Shown: piece after piece, positions 20,383-30,704 of the stretch
Layout of the letters: each line of letters begins with the position of its first letter
How positions within the stretch are numbered: position 1 is the first letter of the stretch
Assembly: GCA_041691135.1 (NCBI GenBank)
Contig: JBEPVF010000002.1
Coordinates: 192,001 to 256,000, forward strand
Direction of reading: 5' to 3'
DNA from: Candidatus Peribacteria bacterium
GTDB lineage: Bacteria > Patescibacteriota > Gracilibacteria > Peribacterales > Peribacteraceae
Length of the DNA: 64,000 nt
Notes under the pieces: generated by a model
Database searches by the model: none
Seen by the model: only the letters and a program-made list of their open reading frames with translations
What the model was told of the DNA's origin: nothing
Position numbers and translations under genes: made by a program

Positions 20383-20970
20383 TTACTGCGGACTCACCGT
20401 TCCAACCGACGTGCCGTTGGCAGGCTGATTCACTCGCATGGCCGGACGCGGACTGGAGATCTGGTACGTTCCGGTGAGTGTTCCTTTGCCGATGACATGG
20501 AAACGTAACGCGCTCTTGAACGCGTCGCGGCTCTGCGGCGCCTTGGTGAGTAAGGTGTTGAGCGCGTACACCGTAAAGACGTAGTGATGCTTGGGGCCGG
20601 GATCCGGACATGGGCCGCTGTAGCCGATACGGTTAAAGGAGTTTTTACCCTGTAGCGATCCACTGGCCGTATCGCCACCGACAATCGTGAGCGGCGACGT
20701 GGGAATATTCCACGCCATCCAGTGTACGAACGCGCGGTGCTTGGGCGCATCGATATCATCCACCAGAATCGCGAGCGACTTGGTATTTTTGGGCAGGTTA
20801 TCCAATGTGAGTGTCGGCGCGGTATCGGCACCGTCACATGTGTTCTCCACCGGAATAATCTTGCCGTCGTCGAAGGCGGGACTACGGACACCGATATCCG
20901 TACTGGCGCCGCATGCAGCAAGAAGCATTGCACCGATACCGAAAGCCAGAAGACGGAGGGAGAGTTTCAT
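20383..20970 (-). CDS. YbhB/YbcL (PEBP/RKIP-like) lipoprotein
   Basis: LAAC lipobox; DIDAP, FVHW, GYSGPCP, HHYVFTVYAL. Confidence 0.9.
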   Translation of the reverse strand: MKLSLRLLAFGIGAMLLAACGASTDIGVRSPAFDDGKIIPVENTCDGADTAPTLTLDNLPKNTKSLAILVDDIDAPKHRAFVHWMAWNIPTSPLTIVGGDTASGSLQGKNSFNRIGYSGPCPDPGPKHHYVFTVYALNTLLTKAPQSRDAFKSALRFHVIGKGTLTGTYQISSPRPAMRVNQPANGTSVGTVSPQ

Positions 20971-21032
20971 ACGAAGGGCGTGATCGTACCATATTTACTG
21001 CATGGCACAATATGATGGCTTGGAACCATACC

Positions 21033-21059
21033 AAAAGAACGGCGGTTGCCCGCCGTTCT
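21033..21059 (-). terminator. Intrinsic terminator
   Basis: AGAACGGCGG-TTGC-CCGCCGTTCT with an adjacent A-run (U-tract on - strand). Confidence 0.7.
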
Positions 21060-21085
21060 CTTTAATTAGACTCAGTACTGCGCGT

Positions 21086-22609
21086 TTATTCAATATTCAA
21101 CGTTGCCGCACTGGGGCTCTGCAGTTGCGCACCGCTCGTGATATTACTCAGTGTGATGTTCACATTCTTCTGCAAATCCGACTGCGTCGTATTATTGAGA
21201 ATAGGAATGATGAACGCCTTGAGCGTCTCACCCGGTGCAAATGTAAGCGTTCCCGATGTCGCCGTGTAATCGGCGCCGGTCTTGGCATTACCGTCGCTCG
21301 TCGAGTAACTCACGCTCACCGTCGACTGCACTCCACCCACACGTATCACCGGAATTGAAATGCTGCCTGCACTCTTCAGTACGGTGTACGTACTCTGCGT
21401 GAGCTTAAGAGAACCGGTGGACGCCGATGTCGCTTCGTCGTCGATGATCGTCAGCACGATCGGATTCGGCGCACCGAGAGTCGCACCACCTGTGGGATTG
21501 CTCAATGTGAGGTTCACCGTCTTATTGCCGTCGATGGTGGAGTTATCCATGATCGGAATCGAGAACGTCTTCGTGGTCTCACCCGCGCCGAACGTGAGCG
21601 TGCCGGTGGTCGTCGTATAGTTGCTACCCGATGTAGCCGATCCGTTGCTCGTGGCATAGTTCACCGATACCTGTGCCGAATTGCTGCCCGTGCGATTGAC
21701 CGTGATCACGGCATTAGCCGTATTTTCCTGCACACCGTACGCATTCGCCGAGAAGAGAAGCATGCCACCCGGTCCGGCCGACGACGCCGTGGACGTATTG
21801 CCTCCGGTGCTGGAGTTACTGCTGCCGCTGGAAGGTGCCGTGCCTCCGCCACCATCGTTATCCAGAATCGTCAGGATCGCGCCGCAAGGATTGCCCAGCA
21901 CCACGCCGCCGGACGGCTCTTTCAGAACCAGACGGAGCGTCTTGTTGTACGTGGCTGCTTTGTTATCGACAATCGTCACTGAGAACGGTTTCGTCAGTTC
22001 GCCATCGGCAAACGTGAGCGTGCCCGATGTATTGTTGTAATCATCACCCGATACAGCTGTAATCGGTTCCAACGCATACTGCACACTCACCGAACCCTTG
22101 GTTCCGTTCGAACGGACCACTGCAACGTCGAATGTCTTGGACGCCTCGCCAATCGTGAAAGCATCTTTGGAGAAACGAACCGCACCCGCCGCACCAGGCG
22201 TACCCGGAGTACACGACGTCACCTGGCCATTGTTGCTTGAACTCGATGTGGAAGAATTATTGTTCGTCGCGCCGTTCGAAGACGAGGAACTACTGCTACG
22301 CGAACGTGAACTGGCTGCATTGGTATCGAACGACACACCCATAGCCACTGCGAACCGATCGAACATCACCGCTGCCTGCGCGCGTGTGAGCGGCTCATCG
22401 GGATGAAACTTGCCATCGTCGAATCCTTTGATAATTCCTTTGTTGTACATGTGTGCCACGGGAACATCGTAGTAGCTCCCGGCCGGGATATCGGCGAACA
22501 GGCTGGAGCCGAGCATGGTGGCACCGAAGGTAGTACCTGCCACGCCAAAGACCACGCCTGCAACAAACGGGATCCCCATTGCAAGCGACCAAAGACGTTG
22601 TCGTTTCAT
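21086..22609 (-). CDS. Surface protein: SLH domain plus three Calx-beta domains
   Basis: FADIP...KGIIKGF.DG.FHPDEPLTRAQAA (SLH); three A..G.[DN]Y...[ST]GTLTF..GE..K.F.[VI].I repeats. Confidence 0.9.
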   Translation of the reverse strand: MKRQRLWSLAMGIPFVAGVVFGVAGTTFGATMLGSSLFADIPAGSYYDVPVAHMYNKGIIKGFDDGKFHPDEPLTRAQAAVMFDRFAVAMGVSFDTNAASSRSRSSSSSSSNGATNNNSSTSSSSNNGQVTSCTPGTPGAAGAVRFSKDAFTIGEASKTFDVAVVRSNGTKGSVSVQYALEPITAVSGDDYNNTSGTLTFADGELTKPFSVTIVDNKAATYNKTLRLVLKEPSGGVVLGNPCGAILTILDNDGGGGTAPSSGSSNSSTGGNTSTASSAGPGGMLLFSANAYGVQENTANAVITVNRTGSNSAQVSVNYATSNGSATSGSNYTTTTGTLTFGAGETTKTFSIPIMDNSTIDGNKTVNLTLSNPTGGATLGAPNPIVLTIIDDEATSASTGSLKLTQSTYTVLKSAGSISIPVIRVGGVQSTVSVSYSTSDGNAKTGADYTATSGTLTFAPGETLKAFIIPILNNTTQSDLQKNVNITLSNITSGAQLQSPSAATLNIE

Positions 22610-22784
22610 AAGTAAAGGTGGAAGAGAATGATACCGGAGCAGTATGCAGGTGCCGTGGAGGAGAATTCAATAGACAAAGGGGAGGGAGTGCTCGATACAC
22701 ATTAAATTACGTGACACAGCTTGATATGCCAAACTTACAATATCTAAACACTTAGTATTTAACAGAACTTATTTCCTGAAGTTG

Positions 22785-24185
22785 TTATTTCTTTTTGCGT
22801 AAAGGAAGATCAATATAAAAAGTCGTACCTTTACCCTCATGGCTATCAAAACTAATTTTGCCCCCCTGAGCCTCAACTCCCCCTTTGGCAACATATAGGC
22901 CAAATCCATTCCCTTCAATAGTGTTTCTGACATTACTCGCTCGATAAAGTTTTTCAAAGATTTTTGACTGCTCTTTAAGTGGGATACCCATTCCTGTATC
23001 ACGAATTTCAAAATGAATTACTTCATCTTTTATTTGCAATAAGAAATCTATTTCTCCATTCGCAGGCGTATATTTGACTGCATTTGTAAGAAGGTTTTCT
23101 ATTGTCATTCTAGTCAAGCGTTTATCAAGAAAAACAATAGGTAAAGAGGTCTGAATTTGGATACTGAGCTTAATAGATTTTTCCTTAACTTTAGGCTCAA
23201 CAACTTGGCAAATTTCTTCTACAAATTCTTTAAGATTTAACTCTTGGGGCTCGACACGAACACGACCGAGTTGAACCCTCGAAACATCTAAGATCATACT
23301 TACTAAGTCAGATAAATTAAGAGTTACCGATTGTATAGTTCTTATTTGCTTTTGTTGATCCTGATTTAAAGAGCCAACATCTTCGTCCATCATTAACTCC
23401 AAATACCACTTAATTGCAGTAACCGGTGCTGCGAGCTGATGACTTACTATGCCCAACAGTTCATCTTTTTGTTTGTCAATTTCACGCAGTTGTGCATTGG
23501 CAATTTGTAGCTGCTGATATAGATAAGCTTTTTCCAAAGCAAGAGCAACTACGTTTGTTAAGTTTTTAATAGATTCTTTCTCAAAATTATTAATTGACAT
23601 GTAATCACGATTTAAAGCAACAATAAATACACCTAGTACTTTACTTTCGACTATTAGAGGATAGAGCAATATTGACTTAATATGAGATTCAGATACTAAT
23701 GATTGCATTTTTTTTGGATTAATCAGCTCTCCCCAAATCTCTTTCAGATTATGAGTTACATTCGCTTTTTTGAGGTAGACTGCTTTTTTAAAAAATTTGC
23801 GCTTAATAACATTAGAAATGATTATTTCTTCTAGAATCATATTTTGTTTTTTTAAAGAATCTTGTACTCTTTTAGTCTTGGAGAAAGCTAAAGGAATAAG
23901 TGAATCAACTTGTGAATCAAAATAGAGAATACCGACTAGTTCAAAATTAAGATCGGTCAAAACTGTTTGGGAGAGTTGGGCTGCCAACTCTTTAGGCTCA
24001 AGTGTTAATATTCCTATTTCGTAAAGCCTGCTTAGAAGAGAAAGTGCCTTGTTTTTGTGCACAATTTCAATGTTTTTCTCATAAAGACTTTTAACTATAG
24101 CATCATCATTATCAGAAACTGTTGGAACTGTGTTAGACGCAATTTTACGTTTTAAATTAGCCTTTAGTTTTCGCTCTAGAAACAT
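22785..24185 (-). CDS. Cytoplasmic GAF-domain sensor histidine kinase
   Basis: GAF-like region; SHQL H-box, ENLLTNAVKY, DTGMGIP, GFGLY, GKGTTF. AT-rich. Confidence 0.92.
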   Translation of the reverse strand: MFLERKLKANLKRKIASNTVPTVSDNDDAIVKSLYEKNIEIVHKNKALSLLSRLYEIGILTLEPKELAAQLSQTVLTDLNFELVGILYFDSQVDSLIPLAFSKTKRVQDSLKKQNMILEEIIISNVIKRKFFKKAVYLKKANVTHNLKEIWGELINPKKMQSLVSESHIKSILLYPLIVESKVLGVFIVALNRDYMSINNFEKESIKNLTNVVALALEKAYLYQQLQIANAQLREIDKQKDELLGIVSHQLAAPVTAIKWYLELMMDEDVGSLNQDQQKQIRTIQSVTLNLSDLVSMILDVSRVQLGRVRVEPQELNLKEFVEEICQVVEPKVKEKSIKLSIQIQTSLPIVFLDKRLTRMTIENLLTNAVKYTPANGEIDFLLQIKDEVIHFEIRDTGMGIPLKEQSKIFEKLYRASNVRNTIEGNGFGLYVAKGGVEAQGGKISFDSHEGKGTTFYIDLPLRKKK

Positions 24186-24360
24186 CTAGTAATTATATCA
24201 TATTATTATGCCATATACAACAAACTATGACTAATAACTTACATGTGTAAAACCTCCAAAAGTATCAGATATCCATACAGCTACTCCCTCAGCAGCTATA
24301 CCACATTTTTTTACTAACGTGCTACTAAATGATAATTAGGTAAATACTCTAAAAAAGTGT

Positions 24361-24645
24361 TTATTCTAGGCTCGTTGGCACTTGATTAGGTTTTAAGTCT
24401 GCAATTAGAGTACCCGCGGCTTCCTTACAAACTTCACGTCCAGCGCGGCCAAAGAGTTTTATAAACCTATTAACTAGGTTATTTATTGTAACAATGGAAT
24501 TGGAATTTTCTATTGAAACTATCCCCATTTCTTTATCAATTATATTTAAGCCTTCTACTTTAGCAGCCTCAAACCAAGCTACAGGTCCCATGAGTAGCTC
24601 CTGCTCTCTAATTATTTTTAGCGCTATTTTTTCGTATATGTTCAT
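24361..24645 (-). CDS. Small helical hypothetical protein
   Basis: 94-aa ORF MNIYEKIALKIIREQELLMGPVAW..., co-oriented within the AT-rich cassette. Confidence 0.7.
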   Translation of the reverse strand: MNIYEKIALKIIREQELLMGPVAWFEAAKVEGLNIIDKEMGIVSIENSNSIVTINNLVNRFIKLFGRAGREVCKEAAGTLIADLKPNQVPTSLE

Positions 24646-24661
24646 GATGGCTATGTTGAAA

Positions 24662-25468
24662 CTAAGATTCCTTAAGTTTACTAAAACCAAGAACGCCAAA
24701 ACTCAATAAGAATAATCCTATTGTCAGCATGAGATCTCCAAAATTACCATTGTAATAAGTACCAACAGTAGTTGTATAAGAAAAAATAAAATCAGCAGCA
24801 GTCATGACTGCTAAACCTAATAAAATTGGTATAATATCTAAAGTATACATGCCCCCCATATATCTAAAGGAAAGTCCTGATATTACAGCTGCAAGAGTAA
24901 CTCCTACAAAATCTCCAAGTGGATAGGCAATATCAAGCGCTGTCTTTAGGGGAGTCTCACCAGCAGGAACTAGTACACCTCCACGCGCGACTACAACAAA
25001 AGCATAGTAGGATAAAATAAGTAGAATTAGAGGCGCAAATACAACAAAAATTTTAGCGTACAGATTTCTTAGGCCAAACTTAGCACCAGTTACTTTTGAA
25101 AGGTGAAAAGCGCCAAGACCATAAAAAAAGATACTAGGTGCAAACCCTAAATCTGCAACTGATGGATATGGAGCAGGTATGCCCATGAAGAAATTATAGT
25201 AGGACCAAATATTTTCGCCGCATCCCCACAGAAAAATCCCAAGTCCGATAAAGAATACCGCTCTTCCAATAGCTGTTTTTAGTCCACCCCATTTTTTTGC
25301 AGACAACATAGCGATGATGCCACTAAAAAAAGGAAGGAGTCCGAATAGGAATGAATAAAGATAGTTGTAGAAACCTTCTGTCGTTTTTGTAAAAAACAAT
25401 ATTGCCCAGAATGCACTAAGAGCAATTAAAGAAATTACACTGATTTTTTGAGGGTAATTTATTTTCAT
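24662..25468 (-). CDS. 7-8TM integral membrane protein (putative sensor)
   Basis: Multiple TM helices; W..GE.IWSYY, PYPSVADLG, DIAYPLGD motifs like membrane sensory domains. Start could extend to 25507. Confidence 0.75.
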   Translation of the reverse strand: MKINYPQKISVISLIALSAFWAILFFTKTTEGFYNYLYSFLFGLLPFFSGIIAMLSAKKWGGLKTAIGRAVFFIGLGIFLWGCGENIWSYYNFFMGIPAPYPSVADLGFAPSIFFYGLGAFHLSKVTGAKFGLRNLYAKIFVVFAPLILLILSYYAFVVVARGGVLVPAGETPLKTALDIAYPLGDFVGVTLAAVISGLSFRYMGGMYTLDIIPILLGLAVMTAADFIFSYTTTVGTYYNGNFGDLMLTIGLFLLSFGVLGFSKLKES

Positions 25469-25503
25469 ATGTACTTTAATTATAGCTTTTTTAAATTTTT
25501 CTG

Positions 25504-26640
25504 TCAAATATAGTAAACTGCCGGTCTCGGAAAACCATTAAAATTGCTTGAAACCGTAAGACTATACGCTCCGACATCATGGAAAATTAGCTTATCACCT
25601 ATTTCAACATCTCGAGGCAAGAAGGCTTCACGAGTAATAATATCAGCGGAGTCACCCGTCGGCCCAGCAAGAGCAAAAGGTGCCTCTTCTACGTTATAGG
25701 AAGAACGCATAGTAGTAACCCTATAACGGGTAGATCCCTGGAAAGCCATTGCTTCATGCAATGCATCATATACACCGGCATCAAGAAATATCCATGTACT
25801 CTCACTTCGTTCAACTTTCCCTATTACAGTGGCTACAAGAATACCTGCAGTAGCTATAATTTTTCTTCCTGGCTCAATTATAATTTTTGGCTGATATGGA
25901 AGTTTATTGAATTGGACGAGCGTATTTTTAGCAATCTCCTTTAGACTTAGTTCAATTTCTGTCGAAGCATAGGAACAAGGAAAACCACCACCAATATTTA
26001 CGACTTCTATTTCAATTCCTAGTTTTTTAAGACGCTTTAGAGGCTCCTGCAAATGCCCTAATGCTTCAGCCCAAGCTAAAGGATTGCTTGCCTGTGATCC
26101 TACATGAAAGCTAACACCATACGGCTTAAGACCAAGTTTTTTAGCTCTTTCGAGCAGAGGAACTACATTTTCCTTAGTTGTACCAAATTTTTCAGAAAAC
26201 TTAAAAACACTCCCAGCATCATTTGCAATCATTCTAACACTTACTCGTGAGCCAGGGGCTGCTATTGCAATTTTTTCTAATTCAGAGAGTGAATCAAAAG
26301 CAAATCTATCTACACCATATTCAAAGAACTCTTTTATATGTAACAGTGGTTTTATGGCTGACCCATATATAATTTTCTCAGGTGATACATTTATTTTTTT
26401 TAGAATATTGAGCTCATAAACTGAAGCAACTTCATAGCCGCAACCAACATCTGATAATATTTTTAATACCTCAGGTTCTGAATTCGCCTTCATTGCATAA
26501 TGAATCGCCGCTCTTGGAAAATACTTCTGAAACTCCCTAAAGCTATGAACCATATTCTCTTTGGAAAAGAGAAAAAACGGAGTTTCATATTGGATTTCAT
26601 CTAAGGCTGCATGATCAAATTTATTTTTATGAGTTGTCAT
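25504..26640 (-). CDS. Fold-type III PLP decarboxylase (ornithine decarboxylase-like)
   Basis: YAMKAN, EVAS..E, KFG, FHVGSQ, IGGGFP, EPGR, GPTGD, GAY, FNGF. Confidence 0.9.
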   Translation of the reverse strand: MTTHKNKFDHAALDEIQYETPFFLFSKENMVHSFREFQKYFPRAAIHYAMKANSEPEVLKILSDVGCGYEVASVYELNILKKINVSPEKIIYGSAIKPLLHIKEFFEYGVDRFAFDSLSELEKIAIAAPGSRVSVRMIANDAGSVFKFSEKFGTTKENVVPLLERAKKLGLKPYGVSFHVGSQASNPLAWAEALGHLQEPLKRLKKLGIEIEVVNIGGGFPCSYASTEIELSLKEIAKNTLVQFNKLPYQPKIIIEPGRKIIATAGILVATVIGKVERSESTWIFLDAGVYDALHEAMAFQGSTRYRVTTMRSSYNVEEAPFALAGPTGDSADIITREAFLPRDVEIGDKLIFHDVGAYSLTVSSNFNGFPRPAVYYI

Positions 26641-27542
26641 AAAACGCTATAGGCAGATAAAATCATAATTCCGAGTATAATAATTATTATACCAATAATT
26701 TGAAGAAGCGTTATTTTTTCTCTCAAGAAAAGATGTGCAAGGAGAATCGTTGGAAGAGAAAATGCTCCACTCAGAAGGGCAACGACGCTTGTCAAAGATG
26801 TAACACTATATCCCCAACTAATAGCAAGATAGGCAACTATTTCACAGGCACCAACCAAGAGTAAAAACTTCCAGTCAGAAGATTCTATTTTAAATATTTT
26901 TTTCCTCCGAATTTTAGCAAAAATTAATATAGTTAGAGTCATAAATACATACATTGCAAAAGTATCAAACCACCAATCTTGCCCTTCAATAAAACTATTC
27001 CAGGATAAAGTCCATATGATTGCAAGTACTGTTGCCACAGCAATTTCTACAAAACCAGGCACACGGCTAAAAATAATGCGCTTCGTTTGCACAGCCTGCT
27101 GGTCCAAATTAATTAATAGTATGCCAGCAAAAAGAGGAATTAATCCTAAAAGGAAATAGACATTTATAGTCTCTCCAAACAAAATTATAGAAAAGATAGC
27201 TGTAAAACCAGAATAGGAAGAAAAAATGGGGCTGAGCACAGCAACCTGACCCTTTCCAAAACCCTTGTAAACTAAAAGATAGACTGCGGCTTGAAGTACA
27301 CCAAAGAAAAATAGTAATATCCATTCATGAATACCATGGGGTATTTGAAGCGAGTGCTTACTTAGTACTGACTGATAAAATATGACAAGAAAAAGTATCC
27401 CCGTTCCAAATAAGTGAGCCCAAACTAATGTGACAATATCTCCTACCTTATCAATTACTTTTTTTGCAAAAAAATCGGCCAATCCCCAACCTAACATACC
27501 TCCAAGCCCAGCAATTATAGCGACGATTAATTCAGTTTCCAT
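26637..27542 (-). CDS. EamA/DMT-family transporter
   Basis: About 10 TM helices in two repeats; GWGLADF, LFGE, FLREKIT. ATGA-coupled to the decarboxylase. Confidence 0.88.
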   Translation of the reverse strand: METELIVAIIAGLGGMLGWGLADFFAKKVIDKVGDIVTLVWAHLFGTGILFLVIFYQSVLSKHSLQIPHGIHEWILLFFFGVLQAAVYLLVYKGFGKGQVAVLSPIFSSYSGFTAIFSIILFGETINVYFLLGLIPLFAGILLINLDQQAVQTKRIIFSRVPGFVEIAVATVLAIIWTLSWNSFIEGQDWWFDTFAMYVFMTLTILIFAKIRRKKIFKIESSDWKFLLLVGACEIVAYLAISWGYSVTSLTSVVALLSGAFSLPTILLAHLFLREKITLLQIIGIIIIILGIMILSAYSVL

Positions 27543-27723
27543 AAATTTTATAGCAACTATTAATACTTCAAATTTAGATTACAAGTTATTTTGACATATG
27601 TTAAGTCAATATTGCATAGACTAAGGACTCAAGTTAATGAGCCTAATAAAAAAATTTTCTCCTGACTAGACATTTCGTAGCTGGATGTTTATTCTTAATT
27701 TTAAACAAATAAATTCATTCCTT

Positions 27724-30027
27724 CTACTTATATTTTTTTAAATTTAACTTAGCTTCACCTAGTCTGATTAGTAAAATTGCCAGTGCTAATAAAGCTGATA
27801 GAGTAAAAAGTGTTACAATACCCACTATAAATTTACTTCTAACCTTTCCATACAAATCATCTGTATACATATCGATTTCAATGATACCAATTGTGTTTCC
27901 TTCACTATTTTTTATAGGAGCAATTCCTGAAACAAATTTTCCCCACTGATCAAAAATAGAGTCATAGGCTACTGGTTGCCTAAGAGCATCATTCAAATTT
28001 TGAGGAATGGGCGAAACATATCTTATGCCTGGTGCAACGTTTTCCTCAGTATCATCTATTTTCCCATCAAGATTATAATCAGCAGAAAAAGGTAAATTAT
28101 AATTGGAATCGGCATCAGCAACAAATTCCCATACATCTTTTATCTCAGTAGGACGCATGATATAAACATATCTAATATTTTTGTCCTGATTTCTTATTTC
28201 ATTCAATCTATTAAAAACTTTTTGATACTCAGTAAGCTTCATATCTTTTGCAAAATGCAGAGCATTTATGTCAGTTTCCTGAAACTCCATAGCAGCAGTT
28301 GCCGAAACAAATTTTAATTTGCTTAACAGATCATTTTTTACAATCTTCAATGTATAAAAATACATGAATACGATAACTAATAAAGATACTGAACTAATTA
28401 TAAGGATTAACAAATATAGTTTTTTGTTTTTCAAAAAGTTCATGCATTCTTTTAAAAGAGATCTATTAAACGCAGTTAACCTTATAAAAATTAGGAAGAT
28501 GAAAAGCGCAAAAAACCAAAACAGAGGGAGAAAAGTTTGCGAACTCAATTTACTCAAGTCACTAGCTCTCATGTCAGCTGCCATAACCGCTATGACATTT
28601 CCTTCCTTGTCTTTGATTGGTGCATAACCAGAAATTACTTTGCCCCAGTTATCTTGGTAGAAATCTTTATTGGCAAGAGGTCTGTTGTATCCTTCTAGAG
28701 CCTCTAAAGGCGGGTTTGTGTATATTTGTCCTGGCCATTGTAAATAATCTTGAGAATCAATTTTTCCATCACTATTCACATCAACATCATTAGTCGTATC
28801 GGCATCTGAATTTGCATATGGATTTATAGAATGGGAGTCGGCGACAAATTCAATCTTTGAAGGATCTGTTTTAGATTTCCTAAAAATATAGGCGAACAGA
28901 ATGTCGGCGTTGCTTATGCGGATTTCCTTTAGCTGAGATACTACTCTTTGCCACTCTGGTTTTTTCCAATCTGCTTCAACCTGCAGAGCCTCAATATCTT
29001 TAGGATCAAATGCCAATACTCCGGTTGTAGCTACTGATATGATTTTCTCCTTCATTCGCTGCATATTCAATGCATCGGTGTAGCGTTGAATACCGTATGT
29101 TAAACCAGCTGCAAAAAGAGCAAGACCAAGAATGATTCCTATGCTTCTCTTTGTAAGAAAAAAACCTCGCAGTCCGGATAGTAAGCGGGTTTTGATGGGT
29201 ATTCCTTCGGGCATTATAATATTTTGTTCTCCTGTTCCATTATTTGCAGCAATAGCCGCTTGTATCTTCTCTCTCCAAATTTTCTCGAAGAAGACCTTCT
29301 CCATTCCAGCCATCTCCGGATAATCGATCAAACAGGCACGTTTCTCTACATGATTAAAGCAGGCAATAGTGTCACCGGTAATGATTTTCTCGTACGAGAA
29401 AGAACATTCCTCTTGGGAAATGAGAAACGTTTTCCGATACTCAAATGGATCGCGCGATGCGAAACGCCGACCGAGCGGGGTATCGTGCGCGATGACACGC
29501 TCGAAGATATTGCGAGTACGGCGCTCGCGAAAATACTCGACAAAAAAATCACGGAGTGGATCCTCTTCTACAGTGTGCTGGACAGGCAGATAACGAAGCA
29601 TTTCTTTTCCTTTATCAAGCAAACGCATGTATGCCTGCTTCATTCCAGCTTCTCCTTCGAAGTGTTGCATATCCGGCCGGGTCTTATCCACTTTGAGCGA
29701 CGCGACATACGACTCAAAATTTTCGTGTCGGCGCAGTAGTTCTTCACGTTTCTGATTCGTATCTTGATGAAGCATTGTGGACACTGCGTCCAGCGATATA
29801 AGCGTGTACTTCCAGTTATCGTTAATCCATTCCTTCTTTACTATCTTCTTGCGAATCAATTTCTTCATCGCCTGATCAAGCACGCCAGGACTCTTTCCCG
29901 TTTTGGAAGCGATTTGCCGAGTGGTTAGGGCATCGTGTTCGAGAAGATTTTTCAGAATCAGGAGTTCCGTAGTAGAAAACCCCGCATCCTGTAAATACGC
30001 CTCGATGCTTGATGGCAAGGATTGCAT
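27724..30027 (-). CDS. TrmB-like HTH regulator fused to two membrane-anchored Cache-like sensor domains
   Basis: N-terminal wHTH and 'FEGEAGMKQAY' effector domain; two homologous TM-flanked domains (EFVAD...D.N.DGKID...PG..Y...D.WGK.[IV]SG.APIK...G). Confidence 0.75.
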   Translation of the reverse strand: MQSLPSSIEAYLQDAGFSTTELLILKNLLEHDALTTRQIASKTGKSPGVLDQAMKKLIRKKIVKKEWINDNWKYTLISLDAVSTMLHQDTNQKREELLRRHENFESYVASLKVDKTRPDMQHFEGEAGMKQAYMRLLDKGKEMLRYLPVQHTVEEDPLRDFFVEYFRERRTRNIFERVIAHDTPLGRRFASRDPFEYRKTFLISQEECSFSYEKIITGDTIACFNHVEKRACLIDYPEMAGMEKVFFEKIWREKIQAAIAANNGTGEQNIIMPEGIPIKTRLLSGLRGFFLTKRSIGIILGLALFAAGLTYGIQRYTDALNMQRMKEKIISVATTGVLAFDPKDIEALQVEADWKKPEWQRVVSQLKEIRISNADILFAYIFRKSKTDPSKIEFVADSHSINPYANSDADTTNDVDVNSDGKIDSQDYLQWPGQIYTNPPLEALEGYNRPLANKDFYQDNWGKVISGYAPIKDKEGNVIAVMAADMRASDLSKLSSQTFLPLFWFFALFIFLIFIRLTAFNRSLLKECMNFLKNKKLYLLILIISSVSLLVIVFMYFYTLKIVKNDLLSKLKFVSATAAMEFQETDINALHFAKDMKLTEYQKVFNRLNEIRNQDKNIRYVYIMRPTEIKDVWEFVADADSNYNLPFSADYNLDGKIDDTEENVAPGIRYVSPIPQNLNDALRQPVAYDSIFDQWGKFVSGIAPIKNSEGNTIGIIEIDMYTDDLYGKVRSKFIVGIVTLFTLSALLALAILLIRLGEAKLNLKKYK

Positions 30028-30176
30028 GACAAATTGACACTTTACCCCGATTTTTAACGATGTAAACGATCAAAAGTACCCTTTGCGATAGTAAGAATTT
30101 GAAATATGGGTATTTTGGCTTCGGGTAAAGATTATCTGACGTTCTATGAACTAATAGAACAGACCAACGAATCGCC

Positions 30177-30704
30177 TTATAATCCTTGTTTTTCCGCTGG
30201 CAGTTTAATGGTTCGTGGATCAGTAATTCCGGCATTCCATTCATTCTTAGAAGAAGCAAGTTCCATACCTGCGGCCCCCTGTAATTTTCCTGATTTCCAA
30301 TGCAACAACGGTATATCGTGATCCATTTGATCAGACCCAAGTGAAGCAATAGTTTTAGGAGGGGGATCGATATTGAATATCAAAATTCCAGTACCCCCCT
30401 TGCTAGTTATTATTGGTGTATTTAGAGCTTTTGCCTGGCACCAACTTTTTGGAGAAGTATACCTTTTGACTCCAGCAATTTTATCAGTCTCACCATCTGT
30501 AAATGGCAAGTCTGAGCAATTTAAGTCTGCTTCATCTATTGTAAAACCTTCAACGACATCCCACGACTGTGATTTATAAACTATGACATGGACCAACAAG
30601 TTACTCATAATGGGCAATTTTTTTACTGGTTCTGCAAAGCTTTCTGTTTGTGCACAAGAAGTCAGTAATACTAAGAGGCCAGTAATAAAAATTATTTTTT
30701 TCAT
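30177..30704 (-). CDS. Hypothetical lipoprotein (immunity-like candidate)
   Basis: MKK...LTSC lipobox; start overlaps the stop of the giant upstream gene (TAATG). AT-rich. Confidence 0.75.
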   Translation of the reverse strand: MKKIIFITGLLVLLTSCAQTESFAEPVKKLPIMSNLLVHVIVYKSQSWDVVEGFTIDEADLNCSDLPFTDGETDKIAGVKRYTSPKSWCQAKALNTPIITSKGGTGILIFNIDPPPKTIASLGSDQMDHDIPLLHWKSGKLQGAAGMELASSKNEWNAGITDPRTIKLPAEKQGL

